Positions 37,524 through 47,599 are shown, numbered from the stretch's first letter. The stretch: 64,000 nt of DNA from Chitinophaga pinensis (GCA_943372225.1 CALRXV020000003.1:206479-270478); one strand, 5' to 3'. The notes: generated by a model from the sequence alone, not told the origin. Made by a program: numbers and translations.

Positions 37524-37913
37524 ATGGAAAAACAAAAAAACGCAGTTGGTCGTCGTAAAGAAGCTGTTACCCGCGTGTTCATCAGCAAGGGCGATGGTAA
37601 GATCACTGTAAACGACAAGGATTACAAAGCCTATTTTCCGCTGGTTTACCTGCAAAACCAGGTAGAAGCGCCTTTAAAGACTGCCGAAGCTCTTGGTAAG
37701 TTTGACATTGTCATCAACGCTGCTGGCGGTGGTTTGAAAGGTCAAGCAGAAGCTGCCAAATTAGGTATTGCTCGTGCGCTGTTGGAAGTGAATAGTGAAT
37801 TACGTCCTGTACTGAAAGCTGCCGGTCAACTGAAACGTGATCCACGTAGTGTTGAACGTAAGAAATTCGGTCACAAAAAAGCACGTAGAAGCTACCAGTT
37901 CTCTAAACGTTAA
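37524..37913 (+). CDS. rpsI: 30S ribosomal protein S9
   Basis: VGRRKEAVTRV, GGGLKGQAEA, RDPRSVERKKFGHKKARRSYQFSKR. Confidence 0.98.
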   Translation: MEKQKNAVGRRKEAVTRVFISKGDGKITVNDKDYKAYFPLVYLQNQVEAPLKTAEALGKFDIVINAAGGGLKGQAEAAKLGIARALLEVNSELRPVLKAAGQLKRDPRSVERKKFGHKKARRSYQFSKR

Positions 37914-37957
37914 TATTTGGGATTTGATATTGCTGTTACAACGGTATGTCAACACCT

Positions 37958-37990
37958 CAATTTCAAATTTCAAATTAAAAATTTCAAACT
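37958..37990. repeat. Degenerate heptamer repeat (CAAATTT) upstream of rpsB
   Basis: caattt caaattt caaatta aaaattt caaact, ending 6 nt before the rpsB ATG. Confidence 0.55.
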
Positions 37991-37996
37991 CATACA

Positions 37997-38905
37997 ATGG
38001 AAAATAACACTTCATTACAACAGCAACTCCTGGAGGCCGGCGTACACTTTGGTCACCTGAAAAAGAAGTGGAACCCTAAGATGTTGCCTTACATCTTTGC
38101 TGAGAAGAAAGGTATTCACATCATTGACCTGAACAAAACAGTAGACCATTTGCAGGAAGCTGCAGCGGCCATGAAACAAATTGCTAAAAGCGGCAAGAAA
38201 ATCATGTTCGTAGCTACTAAAAAACAGGCTAAAGAAATAGTTAGCGAATGCGCTAAGCGTGTAAACATGCCTTATGCCACAGAACGTTGGTTAGGTGGTA
38301 TGTTAACCAACTTCAACACCGTTCGTAAGAGCGTTAAGAAGATGCAGAGCATTGAAAAAATGTTGGCAGATGGTAGCGCTGAAAGCTTGACTAAGAAAGA
38401 GCGTTTGACTTTAACTCGCGACAAAGAAAAAATGGAAAAGGTATTGGGCGGTATTGCTCAATTGGGTCGCCTACCAGCCGCTTTGTTCTTGGTTGATATT
38501 GGTCATGAGCATATTGCTTTGGCTGAAGCTAAGCGTTTGGGCATTACCACATTTGGTATGGTAGATACTAACAGTGATCCTAACAAGGTTGACTTTGCAG
38601 TACCTGCTAATGACGATGCTACTAAATCAATTGCTATCATCACTAACTACATTGTAGCTGCCATTGCAGAAGGTTTGGCTGAACGTCAAGCTTCTAAAGA
38701 TGACGAAGGTGAAGATGACAACAATAACGAAAATGAAACTCGCGCTCGTCGCCTAGAAGCTGAAGCTCAAGCCGAAGCTGGTCGTGGTGGCAGAAGAGGT
38801 GGAGCTAACTCAGGTGCACCTGCTGGTGGTCCTGGTGGCGCACCTAAGCGTCGCGTTCCAAGCAGCGGAAACCGTAGGCCAGCTGGTGGCGGTGGAAGCC
38901 GATAG
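37997..38905 (+). CDS. rpsB: 30S ribosomal protein S2 with acidic and R/G-rich C-terminal extension
   Basis: LLEAGVHFGH..KWNPKM, GIHIIDL, RWLGGMLTNF, VDTNSDP, PANDDA. Confidence 0.98.
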   Translation: MENNTSLQQQLLEAGVHFGHLKKKWNPKMLPYIFAEKKGIHIIDLNKTVDHLQEAAAAMKQIAKSGKKIMFVATKKQAKEIVSECAKRVNMPYATERWLGGMLTNFNTVRKSVKKMQSIEKMLADGSAESLTKKERLTLTRDKEKMEKVLGGIAQLGRLPAALFLVDIGHEHIALAEAKRLGITTFGMVDTNSDPNKVDFAVPANDDATKSIAIITNYIVAAIAEGLAERQASKDDEGEDDNNNENETRARRLEAEAQAEAGRGGRRGGANSGAPAGGPGGAPKRRVPSSGNRRPAGGGGSR

Positions 38906-39071
38906 TAAGGAAACAATTGATTGGGTCATTACGTCGTGCTCCTCTGGGAGAAGGCATAATGACCCATCTTTTATAGATTGAGTCCTACTTCATTTTTTCT
39001 TAACAGGGAAGCATTGAAAGACAATGTAAATTGTCCCGGTTAAACTATTTATAACCTTAATAACATACTAT

Positions 39072-39911
39072 ATGTCTACTGTAACAATCACCGCAGCAGA
39101 AATCAACAAATTACGTCAAGCTACCGGAGCTGGTATGCTGGACTGCAGAAAAGCATTGACTGAAACCAATGGCGATTTTGAAGGAGCTATTGACTGGTTG
39201 CGCAAGCAAGGCCAGAAAGTTGCCGCTAAACGCAGCGACCGTGAAGCTAAAGAAGGTGTGATCATTGCAAAAACTTCTGCTGATAACAAAACTGGTTTTG
39301 TTGTTTGTATTAGCTGTGAAACTGACTTTGTATCTAAGAACGCAGACTTTGTTGCTTTTGCTCAAAGTATTGCTGACGCTGCCGTTGCCAACAACGTGAA
39401 AAGCGCAGAAGAATTGAACGAAGTATCTGTAAACGGTGCTAAAGTTTCTGACTTGATCAACGATAAATTGGCTTCTATTGGTGAGAAAATTGGTGTTGCC
39501 AAATTTGAACGCATTGAAGCAAATTATGTAGCTTCTTATATTCACGGTGCAAACCGCATGGGTGTATTAGTTGGCTTAACTTCTGAAGCTGCTGAAGCTG
39601 GTAAAGACATAGCTATGCAAATTGCTGCTATGAATCCTTTGGCTGTTGATCCAGATGCTATTCCTGCTGCTACCATTGAAAGAGAGCGCGCTATTGTGGT
39701 TGAAACCATGAAAGCTGATCCTAAAATGGCTGGTAAACCAGACGAAATGATTGCTAAAATTGCTGAAGGTAAATTGAATGCGTTCTTCAAAGAGAACACA
39801 TTGTTGGCCCAGGCTTTTGTAAAAGACGGTGGCAAAACTGTTGGTGAATACTTGAAATCAGTAAACGCTGATTTGAAAGTTACCCAGTTTGTTCGCGTTG
39901 CATTAGGATAA
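39072..39911 (+). CDS. tsf: Translation elongation factor Ts
   Basis: LRQATGAGMLDCRKAL, SCETDFVSKN, GEKIG, EGKLNAFFKENTLLAQ. Confidence 0.98.
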   Translation: MSTVTITAAEINKLRQATGAGMLDCRKALTETNGDFEGAIDWLRKQGQKVAAKRSDREAKEGVIIAKTSADNKTGFVVCISCETDFVSKNADFVAFAQSIADAAVANNVKSAEELNEVSVNGAKVSDLINDKLASIGEKIGVAKFERIEANYVASYIHGANRMGVLVGLTSEAAEAGKDIAMQIAAMNPLAVDPDAIPAATIERERAIVVETMKADPKMAGKPDEMIAKIAEGKLNAFFKENTLLAQAFVKDGGKTVGEYLKSVNADLKVTQFVRVALG

Positions 39912-39934
39912 TATTCCTTTAAAACTATACTTAT

Positions 39935-39966
39935 AAAGGCTGTCACTTTTGTGGCGGCCTTTTTTT
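39935..39966 (+). terminator. Rho-independent terminator after tsf
   Basis: AAAGGCTGTCAC-TTTT-GTGGCGGCCTTT stem followed by a T-run. Confidence 0.85.
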
Positions 39967-40015
39967 GTGGTCATGATCCTTTATTTTTATGAGTAATTAG
40001 AACTCCTAAATTATT

Positions 40016-41017
40016 ATGCATAAATTCCTCTTGCTACTCTGTTTACTCCCTTTAATTTCCTTTGCTCAAAGAAAGCCTTCTTCAAAAAAAGCTGCACCCC
40101 TGATTGAAAGCATTACCAGCGATACAGTTAAAGGAAAATATAGAGCATTTGTTTTTGAATACGACCAATTACAAAGGGTCAGTGGTATCACAGAAAAAGA
40201 AAATGAAATAAAAAAAGGGCCCGAGAATAAAACTAGTACAATTGAAAGAAAAATCGAGGTTCAAATATTTCAATATCGTCAAAAAGAACAGATTCCTTAT
40301 GCAAGGCTAATAGATTCTTATGGTTATGATGATAAAACTGGAGAACTAGATGGTGAGTACAAAAAATTGCAATATTTTCTATTTAAAAACGGCAGACGCA
40401 TTGGTGACAGTTCCGTTTATCCTCTATTTGATCAACTGAAAGAAAATGCACGAGTTGCCACTTTTGTACAGACGCCAACTGAAGTGACTCATGAATTGGA
40501 TCTAAGTGAAAAGGATTCAACTACATATCATCCACCCAATATTTATTATAATCATTTTACAATTGGTAACCAAAAAAATATAAAGGATGAATCAGTAGAA
40601 CATATTATTGATTTCAGATTCAATCCTAGATCATATTTTACTTTTACCAAATTTGATCAAGCAATTAATCCAATTCATCAATTAAATATTGCTCCACTAC
40701 TTTCAAACGAAAAAATCAGTTTCAGCTATAATGATGATGATTTGTTACTGCTATCTCCTTCTTTTGATCAAAACGATGGAACAGAAATTAACTGGCATTA
40801 TTTGAATCTGAATAACCCATTAATGTATTCTATTGAAAGGGGAGAAACTGATTCGCCGTTTAAAGACATCATTCAGTTTTCCTATACCTACAACCAATAT
40901 CAGCAACCTACCTATTGCAAAACAATCATTAAAAAAGTGATTAATAAAGATCCGGAACACAAATACGGAACAATTGGAACTTTTAAAAAGTCCTTTACAT
41001 TTAGGTATAAGCAATAA
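40016..41017 (+). CDS. AT-rich exported hypothetical protein (YD-like beta-rich)
   Basis: Signal peptide MHKFLLLLCLLPLISFAQ; recurrent FEYD/YGYD/FSYN/YTYNQY motifs. Confidence 0.7.
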   Translation: MHKFLLLLCLLPLISFAQRKPSSKKAAPLIESITSDTVKGKYRAFVFEYDQLQRVSGITEKENEIKKGPENKTSTIERKIEVQIFQYRQKEQIPYARLIDSYGYDDKTGELDGEYKKLQYFLFKNGRRIGDSSVYPLFDQLKENARVATFVQTPTEVTHELDLSEKDSTTYHPPNIYYNHFTIGNQKNIKDESVEHIIDFRFNPRSYFTFTKFDQAINPIHQLNIAPLLSNEKISFSYNDDDLLLLSPSFDQNDGTEINWHYLNLNNPLMYSIERGETDSPFKDIIQFSYTYNQYQQPTYCKTIIKKVINKDPEHKYGTIGTFKKSFTFRYKQ

Positions 41018-41043
41018 ACTGATTATTTCAAATTGATGTAAAA

Positions 41044-41078
41044 TAAAAGCCGTCCCAATTTTATGGAGACGGCTTTAT
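41044..41078. terminator. Probable bidirectional terminator between convergent genes
   Basis: AAAGCCGTC...GACGGCTTT stem with A/T-rich flanks on both sides. Confidence 0.75.
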
Positions 41079-41094
41079 CATTTATTTACTAGGC

Positions 41095-42792
41095 TTACTT
41101 TTTATACATTGATTTCCCTTCCTTGATGGTTTCCAATACCACCAAGTCTTTCAATTTCATAGGATCTATTTTCAATGGATTGTCTGATAATACTACTAGA
41201 TCGCCCAGTTTTCCAACTGCAATACTGCCCTTTCTATTTTCTTCAAAGTGTTGGTAAGCTCCCCAGATGGTAATAGACTTTAGTGCCTCATATGGGGTTA
41301 GTTTTTCACTAGCACCTATTACAGCACCGCTTCTTGAAACACGGTTTACAGTGGTCCATAAAATCATGGCTAAGTTGGGGAAAGCAACTGGTGCATCTGT
41401 ATGGCTGGTTACGTGTAGACCTTTGTTGAGAGCGGTTCTAATAGGGCTAATCTGGTTGCCCAATGAATCACCAATGATTTGCTTATGCCAATCGCCCCAA
41501 TAGAAAGTATGCATGGGAAATAATGAAGCCACCACTTCCAATTTTTTCATGCTGTCTAACTGGTCAATTCTTATATATTGACCATGAATCAACACACTTC
41601 TTCTGTCTTTGTTGCCATATTTAGCTGCAGCAGGTTTCATGCATTGAATCATTTGATCAATCGCCGCATCGCCATTGGCATGGGTAATAATCTGCCAGTT
41701 GTTTGAAAATGCCGAATCATAAATGTCCATTACCTTTTTATTATCTGGTATGGTAGCATAGCCCTTGTATCCAGGTTTTGCACCATCAGGGGCAATCAAA
41801 TAAGGAATGGTTCTCCAAGCGGTTCTACCTTGCGGCGATCCATCGAGTGTCATTTTTAATCCGCCAATGCGATAGTGATTTTGATAGTCTTTGCTATTCC
41901 ATTTACTATGCATGTATTTGGAGTATGTAAAATCTATATAAGAAACAATATCAATTTTAAATTTCCCTTTTTCTGCATAGGCAGCCATTGCTTCATGATT
42001 GGTCATTGCCCTTCCTTCCTGTGCAGTAGTATATCCATATTTCAATGCCATATCCTGTGCCTTATCCATATAGTATTCTGAAATGGCTGGATCTGTAGGT
42101 GTTAACAAAGGGAAAAAAATAGGAATTCCAGCCATTTCTTCCAAAACCCCATTGGGTTCTTGTGAACCTTTAATCCTGCGAATCAATCCACCAGAGGGAT
42201 CTTTGGTAGCCGCAGTAATTTTGTTCATTTCAAGTCCCTTGGAATTGAGTACACAAAAATGTCCTGAAATATGAATAATGCAGATAGGGATCTCAGTAGA
42301 AATTTTGTCTAAGTCTTCTTTGGTAGGGAACCTTTTTTCTTTCAATACGGCGTCATCAAAACCAGTTCCAATAATCCATCCGCCGGTTTTACTTGTTCCA
42401 TTTTCTTTATGCCATTTTTTTAATTCGTTGATTAACTCATCTATGGAATTAACACTACCATCTGGATCAGCCAATAAATTAGCGGCAACTGCCTGCGCGC
42501 CAAAGCCAGCAAAATGGGCGTGACCATCTATAAATCCGGGTACCAATGTTTTGCCTTCAAGGTCATGCATTTGGGTACTATCGCCCTTCATTTTTTCGGC
42601 ATCAGTTTTTGATCCTACAAAAACAATTTTGCCTTCTTTTAGAGCAATGGCTTCTGCATATGAGGCACTATCGCCTTCCATGGTAATAATGTCACCACCA
42701 TAATAGATGGTATCAGCCCCATTGGGATTGGATGGATTTTTACAAGAACCAATCAGGAGTAGAGCAAATGCTCCGAATAAGATTTTTTTCAT
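41095..42792 (-). CDS. Amidohydrolase 3 (YtcJ-like) lipoprotein
   Basis: Lipobox LIGSC; PGFIDGHAH, KMTLDGSPQGRTA, HANGDAAID, HTDAPV, GSIAVGKLGDLVVL. Confidence 0.9.
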   Translation of the reverse strand: MKKILFGAFALLLIGSCKNPSNPNGADTIYYGGDIITMEGDSASYAEAIALKEGKIVFVGSKTDAEKMKGDSTQMHDLEGKTLVPGFIDGHAHFAGFGAQAVAANLLADPDGSVNSIDELINELKKWHKENGTSKTGGWIIGTGFDDAVLKEKRFPTKEDLDKISTEIPICIIHISGHFCVLNSKGLEMNKITAATKDPSGGLIRRIKGSQEPNGVLEEMAGIPIFFPLLTPTDPAISEYYMDKAQDMALKYGYTTAQEGRAMTNHEAMAAYAEKGKFKIDIVSYIDFTYSKYMHSKWNSKDYQNHYRIGGLKMTLDGSPQGRTAWRTIPYLIAPDGAKPGYKGYATIPDNKKVMDIYDSAFSNNWQIITHANGDAAIDQMIQCMKPAAAKYGNKDRRSVLIHGQYIRIDQLDSMKKLEVVASLFPMHTFYWGDWHKQIIGDSLGNQISPIRTALNKGLHVTSHTDAPVAFPNLAMILWTTVNRVSRSGAVIGASEKLTPYEALKSITIWGAYQHFEENRKGSIAVGKLGDLVVLSDNPLKIDPMKLKDLVVLETIKEGKSMYKK

Positions 42793-42889
42793 TTCTTAAA
42801 AATAATGGGCTTTTTGAAAATGTTCTTTCTGGTAAAGTTTAATGAAAATAAAAAAAATATTTAATTTGAGTGTGCTTAAACAGCTTTAA

Positions 42890-44008
42890 ATGAAATCCCT
42901 AAACAAGTGTCTGGCCATTGCCTTTTCTATTTTGCTTTTGCAATTCTGCAATAGCACTGCACAATCACAAGAAAATATTCCAGACTTTCAGTTAGCAATT
43001 CAGGCTAAATTTAAAGCCGGTGTAAACATCAGCTTCTTTGAAAATTATTGGAAACCAGAAGAGTACTTGTTGGGAAATTATCGTAAAGTAATGGATAAAG
43101 TGGCTTTGGCAAATCAATTAGGGTTTACTTCAATTAGGCTTCCCGTAGCATTTGATAATTTTTTAAAAAAAGGCACCAATCAAATTACCGAGCAATTATT
43201 AGATGATCTTACTGAAATCTATGATTTTGTAGCGTCCAAGAATATGAACCTAATCATCACCTATCACTATGGTTCTTTGTATAAGAAGGATGATAAAGCT
43301 AAAGAAGCAGATAGAATTGCAGACATGTGGAGTCAGGTAGTGGCAAGGTTCAAGGGCAAGGGTTATGAACGTTTGTTTTTTGGATTGTACAATGAGCCAC
43401 GCATAACAGTGGAAGACTGGCGATATACAAAAAATAGATTGATGTTTTTGTTGCGCCCAAAAGATTTAGAACGCTATTGGATTGTGGGTTCTACTAATTA
43501 TAATGGTATTGACGCCATGGTAGAATTGCGCAAAGTACCAGGTGATAATAAAATCATTTATACCTTTCACTTCTATCAACCCTATTTGTTTACACACCAA
43601 GGAGCACCTTGGGATCCAGAGAAAACTTTTATCAAGGGGTTACCTTACCCTTATTCTCCTACAGCCATGCCGCCCAAACCCAATAGGCAAATGAATTCAG
43701 ACATGCACTATAATTATGACCACTATTCTGAAAGGGCTAGTAGGGCATTTATAGATGCACGAATTAAGCTTGTTAATGAATGGATTCAAACAAATAAAGC
43801 ACCAGTGATTTGTACGGAAACTGGGGCCATTGGTACCATTCCCAAACAGTATCGGGAAAACTATTTTAATGACGTAATGAGCGTGATGAAAAGCTATGGT
43901 ATACCAGCCATGATCTGGGATTTAGACCAAACCTTTAGAATCATTGATGGAGATAAACAGCCTATTGGTGCAGTATCACAATGGGTCAATAGTTTTGAAA
44001 AAAACTAA
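42890..44008 (+). CDS. Glycoside hydrolase family 5 (cellulase superfamily), exported
   Basis: SIRLPV, acid/base YNEP, TFHFYQP..FTHQGAPW, nucleophile CTETG. Confidence 0.88.
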   Translation: MKSLNKCLAIAFSILLLQFCNSTAQSQENIPDFQLAIQAKFKAGVNISFFENYWKPEEYLLGNYRKVMDKVALANQLGFTSIRLPVAFDNFLKKGTNQITEQLLDDLTEIYDFVASKNMNLIITYHYGSLYKKDDKAKEADRIADMWSQVVARFKGKGYERLFFGLYNEPRITVEDWRYTKNRLMFLLRPKDLERYWIVGSTNYNGIDAMVELRKVPGDNKIIYTFHFYQPYLFTHQGAPWDPEKTFIKGLPYPYSPTAMPPKPNRQMNSDMHYNYDHYSERASRAFIDARIKLVNEWIQTNKAPVICTETGAIGTIPKQYRENYFNDVMSVMKSYGIPAMIWDLDQTFRIIDGDKQPIGAVSQWVNSFEKN

Positions 44009-44617
44009 TCAGAGTCGGAATCCAGTTAGAAAGACAAGACCTAAATTTTTGTCATCCAATTTGGAGGAATAAAACCCTTTGAGTTCTGCACCCAAATAGA
44101 TTTTAGAGCTAATAGATTTTTTGTATCCTGCTGCCAAACCAAAATCTCCTAAGGACAAATTGGTGGCCGTAAATTTTTGTTCAGCCTGTGCTGTTTTGGT
44201 ATAGACTTTATTGAGTAAGATAGATTGCCCCATGGTAAAACTGCCGTAAAAGTCTTGCAAAAATTTCATGGAAATCACCAATTGAATGGGAATAGCGGCA
44301 TTGCTAATTTTTACCTGGCTCACCGGTGTAGGGTTTTCTTTAATGCTATACAAACCGTTATAACCAGTTTCCAAACCCAGACTTAGGTTGTGACCGGGCT
44401 CCCACATAAAACGCGTTACAAAAGCATAATTGAATTCTCTAACGTATTGTTTGGATACTTCTAAATTATTGAAATAGAAATTGGGTCCTAATCCGGCATA
44501 GATGCTAAAGCGATGTTTCTTGGGTTTGGTCGAAGTGGTTAAATCTTGGGCATGCAAAGAAATGGCACCAACCATGACTACTAACAAACCAATTGTCAAT
44601 AACAATTTCCTTTTCAT
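44009..44617 (-). CDS. Exported hypothetical protein, probable small outer-membrane beta-barrel
   Basis: Signal peptide; amphipathic beta-strands; C-terminal ...VFLTGFRL. Start at ATG 44617. Confidence 0.7.
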   Translation of the reverse strand: MKRKLLLTIGLLVVMVGAISLHAQDLTTSTKPKKHRFSIYAGLGPNFYFNNLEVSKQYVREFNYAFVTRFMWEPGHNLSLGLETGYNGLYSIKENPTPVSQVKISNAAIPIQLVISMKFLQDFYGSFTMGQSILLNKVYTKTAQAEQKFTATNLSLGDFGLAAGYKKSISSKIYLGAELKGFYSSKLDDKNLGLVFLTGFRL

Positions 44618-44626
44618 CTTCAATCT

Positions 44627-45859
44627 TTAAAACAAAGTATAATAATCATAGACCACATATGCGGGATAATCTGAGATCATTCCATCAAACTGTCCGTTCA
44701 CCAAATAATTGCGAATCATATTTTTATCGTTCAAAGTCCAGCTCAATACTTTAATCCCATTGGCCTTTGCTTTTTGAACCGCATCCAATACCAAGCCTTC
44801 CGTAAACCTTGGTGCATAATATTTACTTCCGTTTTCAATGGCTAATTCTACAGATTGCTCGCAAAGTGTGGGAAGACTAGCATAACTGGGTTGCTTTTTG
44901 TATTCGGCAATGACATCGGCCGAAGGCATACCTGCAATGAAATGTACCGTTCTGTTTTGAGCAGCAGCTCTAGCATAGCCCTTTCTAATTACGGGTTCCA
45001 AGTATTTAAAAATGTCTTTATTGCCTTTGATGTCTAGCCACAAATAAGTCAAATTGGTGCTATCTATAAATGCATTCAACACTTGCTCCACAGAAGGAAC
45101 TTTTTGTCCATCAATCAAGGTTACATAAGAACTGATCAAGGAGAAATTATATTGGTCCCATGCACCAGACAATGGCCCTTTCAAAGTTAGTCTAGTATCA
45201 ATGGTGGCATCGTGTACACAAATGGGAATATTATCCTTTGTTAAACGCACGTCAAATTCTAAACCGCGGCAACCATAGTCTTCATCATTCAACACATTTA
45301 GCAAAGAGTTTTCTGCAAATGGAGGATCAGAAGTAGTTTGAACCCCATGGTGGGCCATGATCATAAAATCTTTGCTTAGTGCTTTGTCTGAAAATTTACG
45401 CAGGTATTGTAGTTGCATGTTGCTACCATTCACACCTGTGATTTTTAAATTATTGATAATGCCATTTAATAAATCCGTGGCGCCATTTGCTGCAGTAATA
45501 GCAAACTGAATATTACCCTGATCTTTCTTTTCTGAATATCGCCAAAAGCCAGAAAACTGAATAGACCCATCAGTGGCTTTACCATATTTTAAAATGATAA
45601 AAATGCCTTCCTTATTGCTAAAAAAAGAAACTTTATAGCGTGAAACTTTACAAACAAACTGCTCTCCTAATTCATTTGATCCTGCGGTAAGTGTATAAAT
45701 CCCCTCCATTTTTTTCATGGTGTTACCAGGAATAGATTGGGTATTCACCAGGTTCTCATCTTTGGATCCCGGGGGGATGGTAATCAAGTTTTTTCTGCAT
45801 CCTGTTGTAGTCAGTAAGCAGATTAGTATGATTAATGTATGTGTTGCTAATTTTTTCAT
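44627..45859 (-). CDS. Glycerophosphodiester phosphodiesterase (GDPD) family lipoprotein with extra N-terminal domain
   Basis: Lipobox TTTGC; AHHG...AENSL, LEFDVRLTKDNIPICVHD, WLDIK, VLSWTLND, GMISDYP. Confidence 0.85.
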   Translation of the reverse strand: MKKLATHTLIILICLLTTTGCRKNLITIPPGSKDENLVNTQSIPGNTMKKMEGIYTLTAGSNELGEQFVCKVSRYKVSFFSNKEGIFIILKYGKATDGSIQFSGFWRYSEKKDQGNIQFAITAANGATDLLNGIINNLKITGVNGSNMQLQYLRKFSDKALSKDFMIMAHHGVQTTSDPPFAENSLLNVLNDEDYGCRGLEFDVRLTKDNIPICVHDATIDTRLTLKGPLSGAWDQYNFSLISSYVTLIDGQKVPSVEQVLNAFIDSTNLTYLWLDIKGNKDIFKYLEPVIRKGYARAAAQNRTVHFIAGMPSADVIAEYKKQPSYASLPTLCEQSVELAIENGSKYYAPRFTEGLVLDAVQKAKANGIKVLSWTLNDKNMIRNYLVNGQFDGMISDYPAYVVYDYYTLF

Positions 45860-45864
45860 GACCG

Positions 45865-46623
45865 TTAGAGATTTAATCCTAATTGGAATTCAGGAAAAAT
45901 ATATCGATAACTATTCACGGGTAATGCTGGCCAAGCCAAAATATGGTAGCGCAGGTAATTGATCTTCAAACCCAGTGACATGGTTTTCTGTTTATAGAGT
46001 CTTTGTTCAAAACTTGTGGTAATGCTGCCGCCATTGATAAAACCACTGTTATAAGGAATTTTATTCCCCCCATGACTTACGTTCATACTGCTGGTATAAT
46101 AGAAATCGCCCCGCACTGTTAATGCTGTTTTACCAAAATCATGCCCCCAAGTAATGGATGGTTGTTGCTCCCAACCGGTGAGCGTTGATTCAAATCCAAA
46201 ATGATTGAGCATGCCCAAATTAAATCCAAGTTGATAACCAATTCCTAGAAAATCTTTTCCAAATTGATGGTTCCAAAAAGGTCCAAAATTGAATCTATTT
46301 GAAATGATTAAAGAAGATAGTCCACCTTGCAAATTGAATCCCTTGCCCAAACTGTATTTGGCACTATAATTAAACATGGGTGCATTCACCATATCTAGGG
46401 TCCAAATTCTAGGTGGCACTACATAATAAATAGAAAGGGCCTGCGTAAATTTTCCCTTGACCTGTGGTTGGGGTAAGAGAAAACTTTTTGAAGCAATTGA
46501 AAAACTATCTGATTGGGCATTTACTCTTTGAGTAGAAAACAAGCAATATGCTGTTACACAAAACAGGATGGTTTTGAAAGAATGGTTTGCCCAAGCGCAG
46601 TGTGGGGATGCGTTTTTTGACAT
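45865..46623 (-). CDS. Exported hypothetical protein, probable outer-membrane beta-barrel
   Basis: Hydrophobic N-region ending AQS; amphipathic strands; C-terminal ...PEFQLGLNL. Confidence 0.7.
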   Translation of the reverse strand: MSKNASPHCAWANHSFKTILFCVTAYCLFSTQRVNAQSDSFSIASKSFLLPQPQVKGKFTQALSIYYVVPPRIWTLDMVNAPMFNYSAKYSLGKGFNLQGGLSSLIISNRFNFGPFWNHQFGKDFLGIGYQLGFNLGMLNHFGFESTLTGWEQQPSITWGHDFGKTALTVRGDFYYTSSMNVSHGGNKIPYNSGFINGGSITTSFEQRLYKQKTMSLGLKINYLRYHILAWPALPVNSYRYIFPEFQLGLNL

Positions 46624-46672
46624 AATTGAGAAGATGACCTATTTCAAATATAATACAATAGTGTAAGCAAGA

Positions 46673-47599
46673 CTATTCCACTACAAAATGATAGCCATTT
46701 TCAAAACGCTGAAAACTAGCATCTAAGTATTTAGACAGCAAATGCAATTGATTTCCCTGTCTGTACAATCTCAAGTAATGAAATTCAGGATCATAATCTT
46801 TACTTTCTGAGCGCAACCTTTTATCAGGATTGATCAAAGGTTGGTGCAGGCCGCCCCCGCCTCCAAGGGTAAGAAAGTCCTTGCCATCTAATTTAAAATG
46901 CTCAAAATGATGGGCATGACCGGTAACAAATAATTTGGCTTTTTGAGAAGCCAGAAAAGCAGGTACCAATTTTTCCTGAACCTCTTGATTAGACCCAACA
47001 ATACTACTATTGGAATAGGGTGCATGGTGGCTTGAAACCACAATACACCGTATGGCAGGATCTGCATCCAATGCTTGAAGGGTTTTAGTATAATAGGCCA
47101 ATTGCTTCTCCCTTTGTGCTTGGTCAAGGGTTTTAAAATTAGAGTTGAGCATGAGAAAGGCAATAGAATCATAGACTTTATAAAAACCTGTATTGACCTG
47201 ATCTGGAAATCGCTTTAGAAAAGCAGCTTCACCCTTTGTGCTGGAATACATTACATCATGATTACCCAATAATGCAGCAATAGAAATGCCTTGGTTTCTA
47301 AGAAGGCTCAAGTATTGGTCCATTTCTTTCCATTTAGCTTGCTTGGAACCCAAGGAAACCACATCGCCCAAAATCAGCAAGGCGGTTAGTTTTTGCAAAC
47401 CAATTTCTTCAAAGATTTTTTTGGTTGCCAGTTTGTTTTGATTGCCCTTGAGCCAAAGTTTTTCTATTCCCAATGGTGCCTGTGTATCACTGACCAATGC
47501 AATTTCAATTGGTTGACGAAGAATAGTTCCAGCCTGCCCCCATAGGAAAGGGCTATTCCATACTATCCATATTAAAATAAAAATGATCTTGAACTTCAT
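46673..47599 (-). CDS. Calcineurin-like metallophosphoesterase (purple-acid-phosphatase-like), exported
   Basis: VSDTQ, LGDVV, LGNHD, SHHAPY, GHAH motifs; start revised to ATG 47599 (signal peptide). Confidence 0.88.
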   Translation of the reverse strand: MKFKIIFILIWIVWNSPFLWGQAGTILRQPIEIALVSDTQAPLGIEKLWLKGNQNKLATKKIFEEIGLQKLTALLILGDVVSLGSKQAKWKEMDQYLSLLRNQGISIAALLGNHDVMYSSTKGEAAFLKRFPDQVNTGFYKVYDSIAFLMLNSNFKTLDQAQREKQLAYYTKTLQALDADPAIRCIVVSSHHAPYSNSSIVGSNQEVQEKLVPAFLASQKAKLFVTGHAHHFEHFKLDGKDFLTLGGGGGLHQPLINPDKRLRSESKDYDPEFHYLRLYRQGNQLHLLSKYLDASFQRFENGYHFVVE

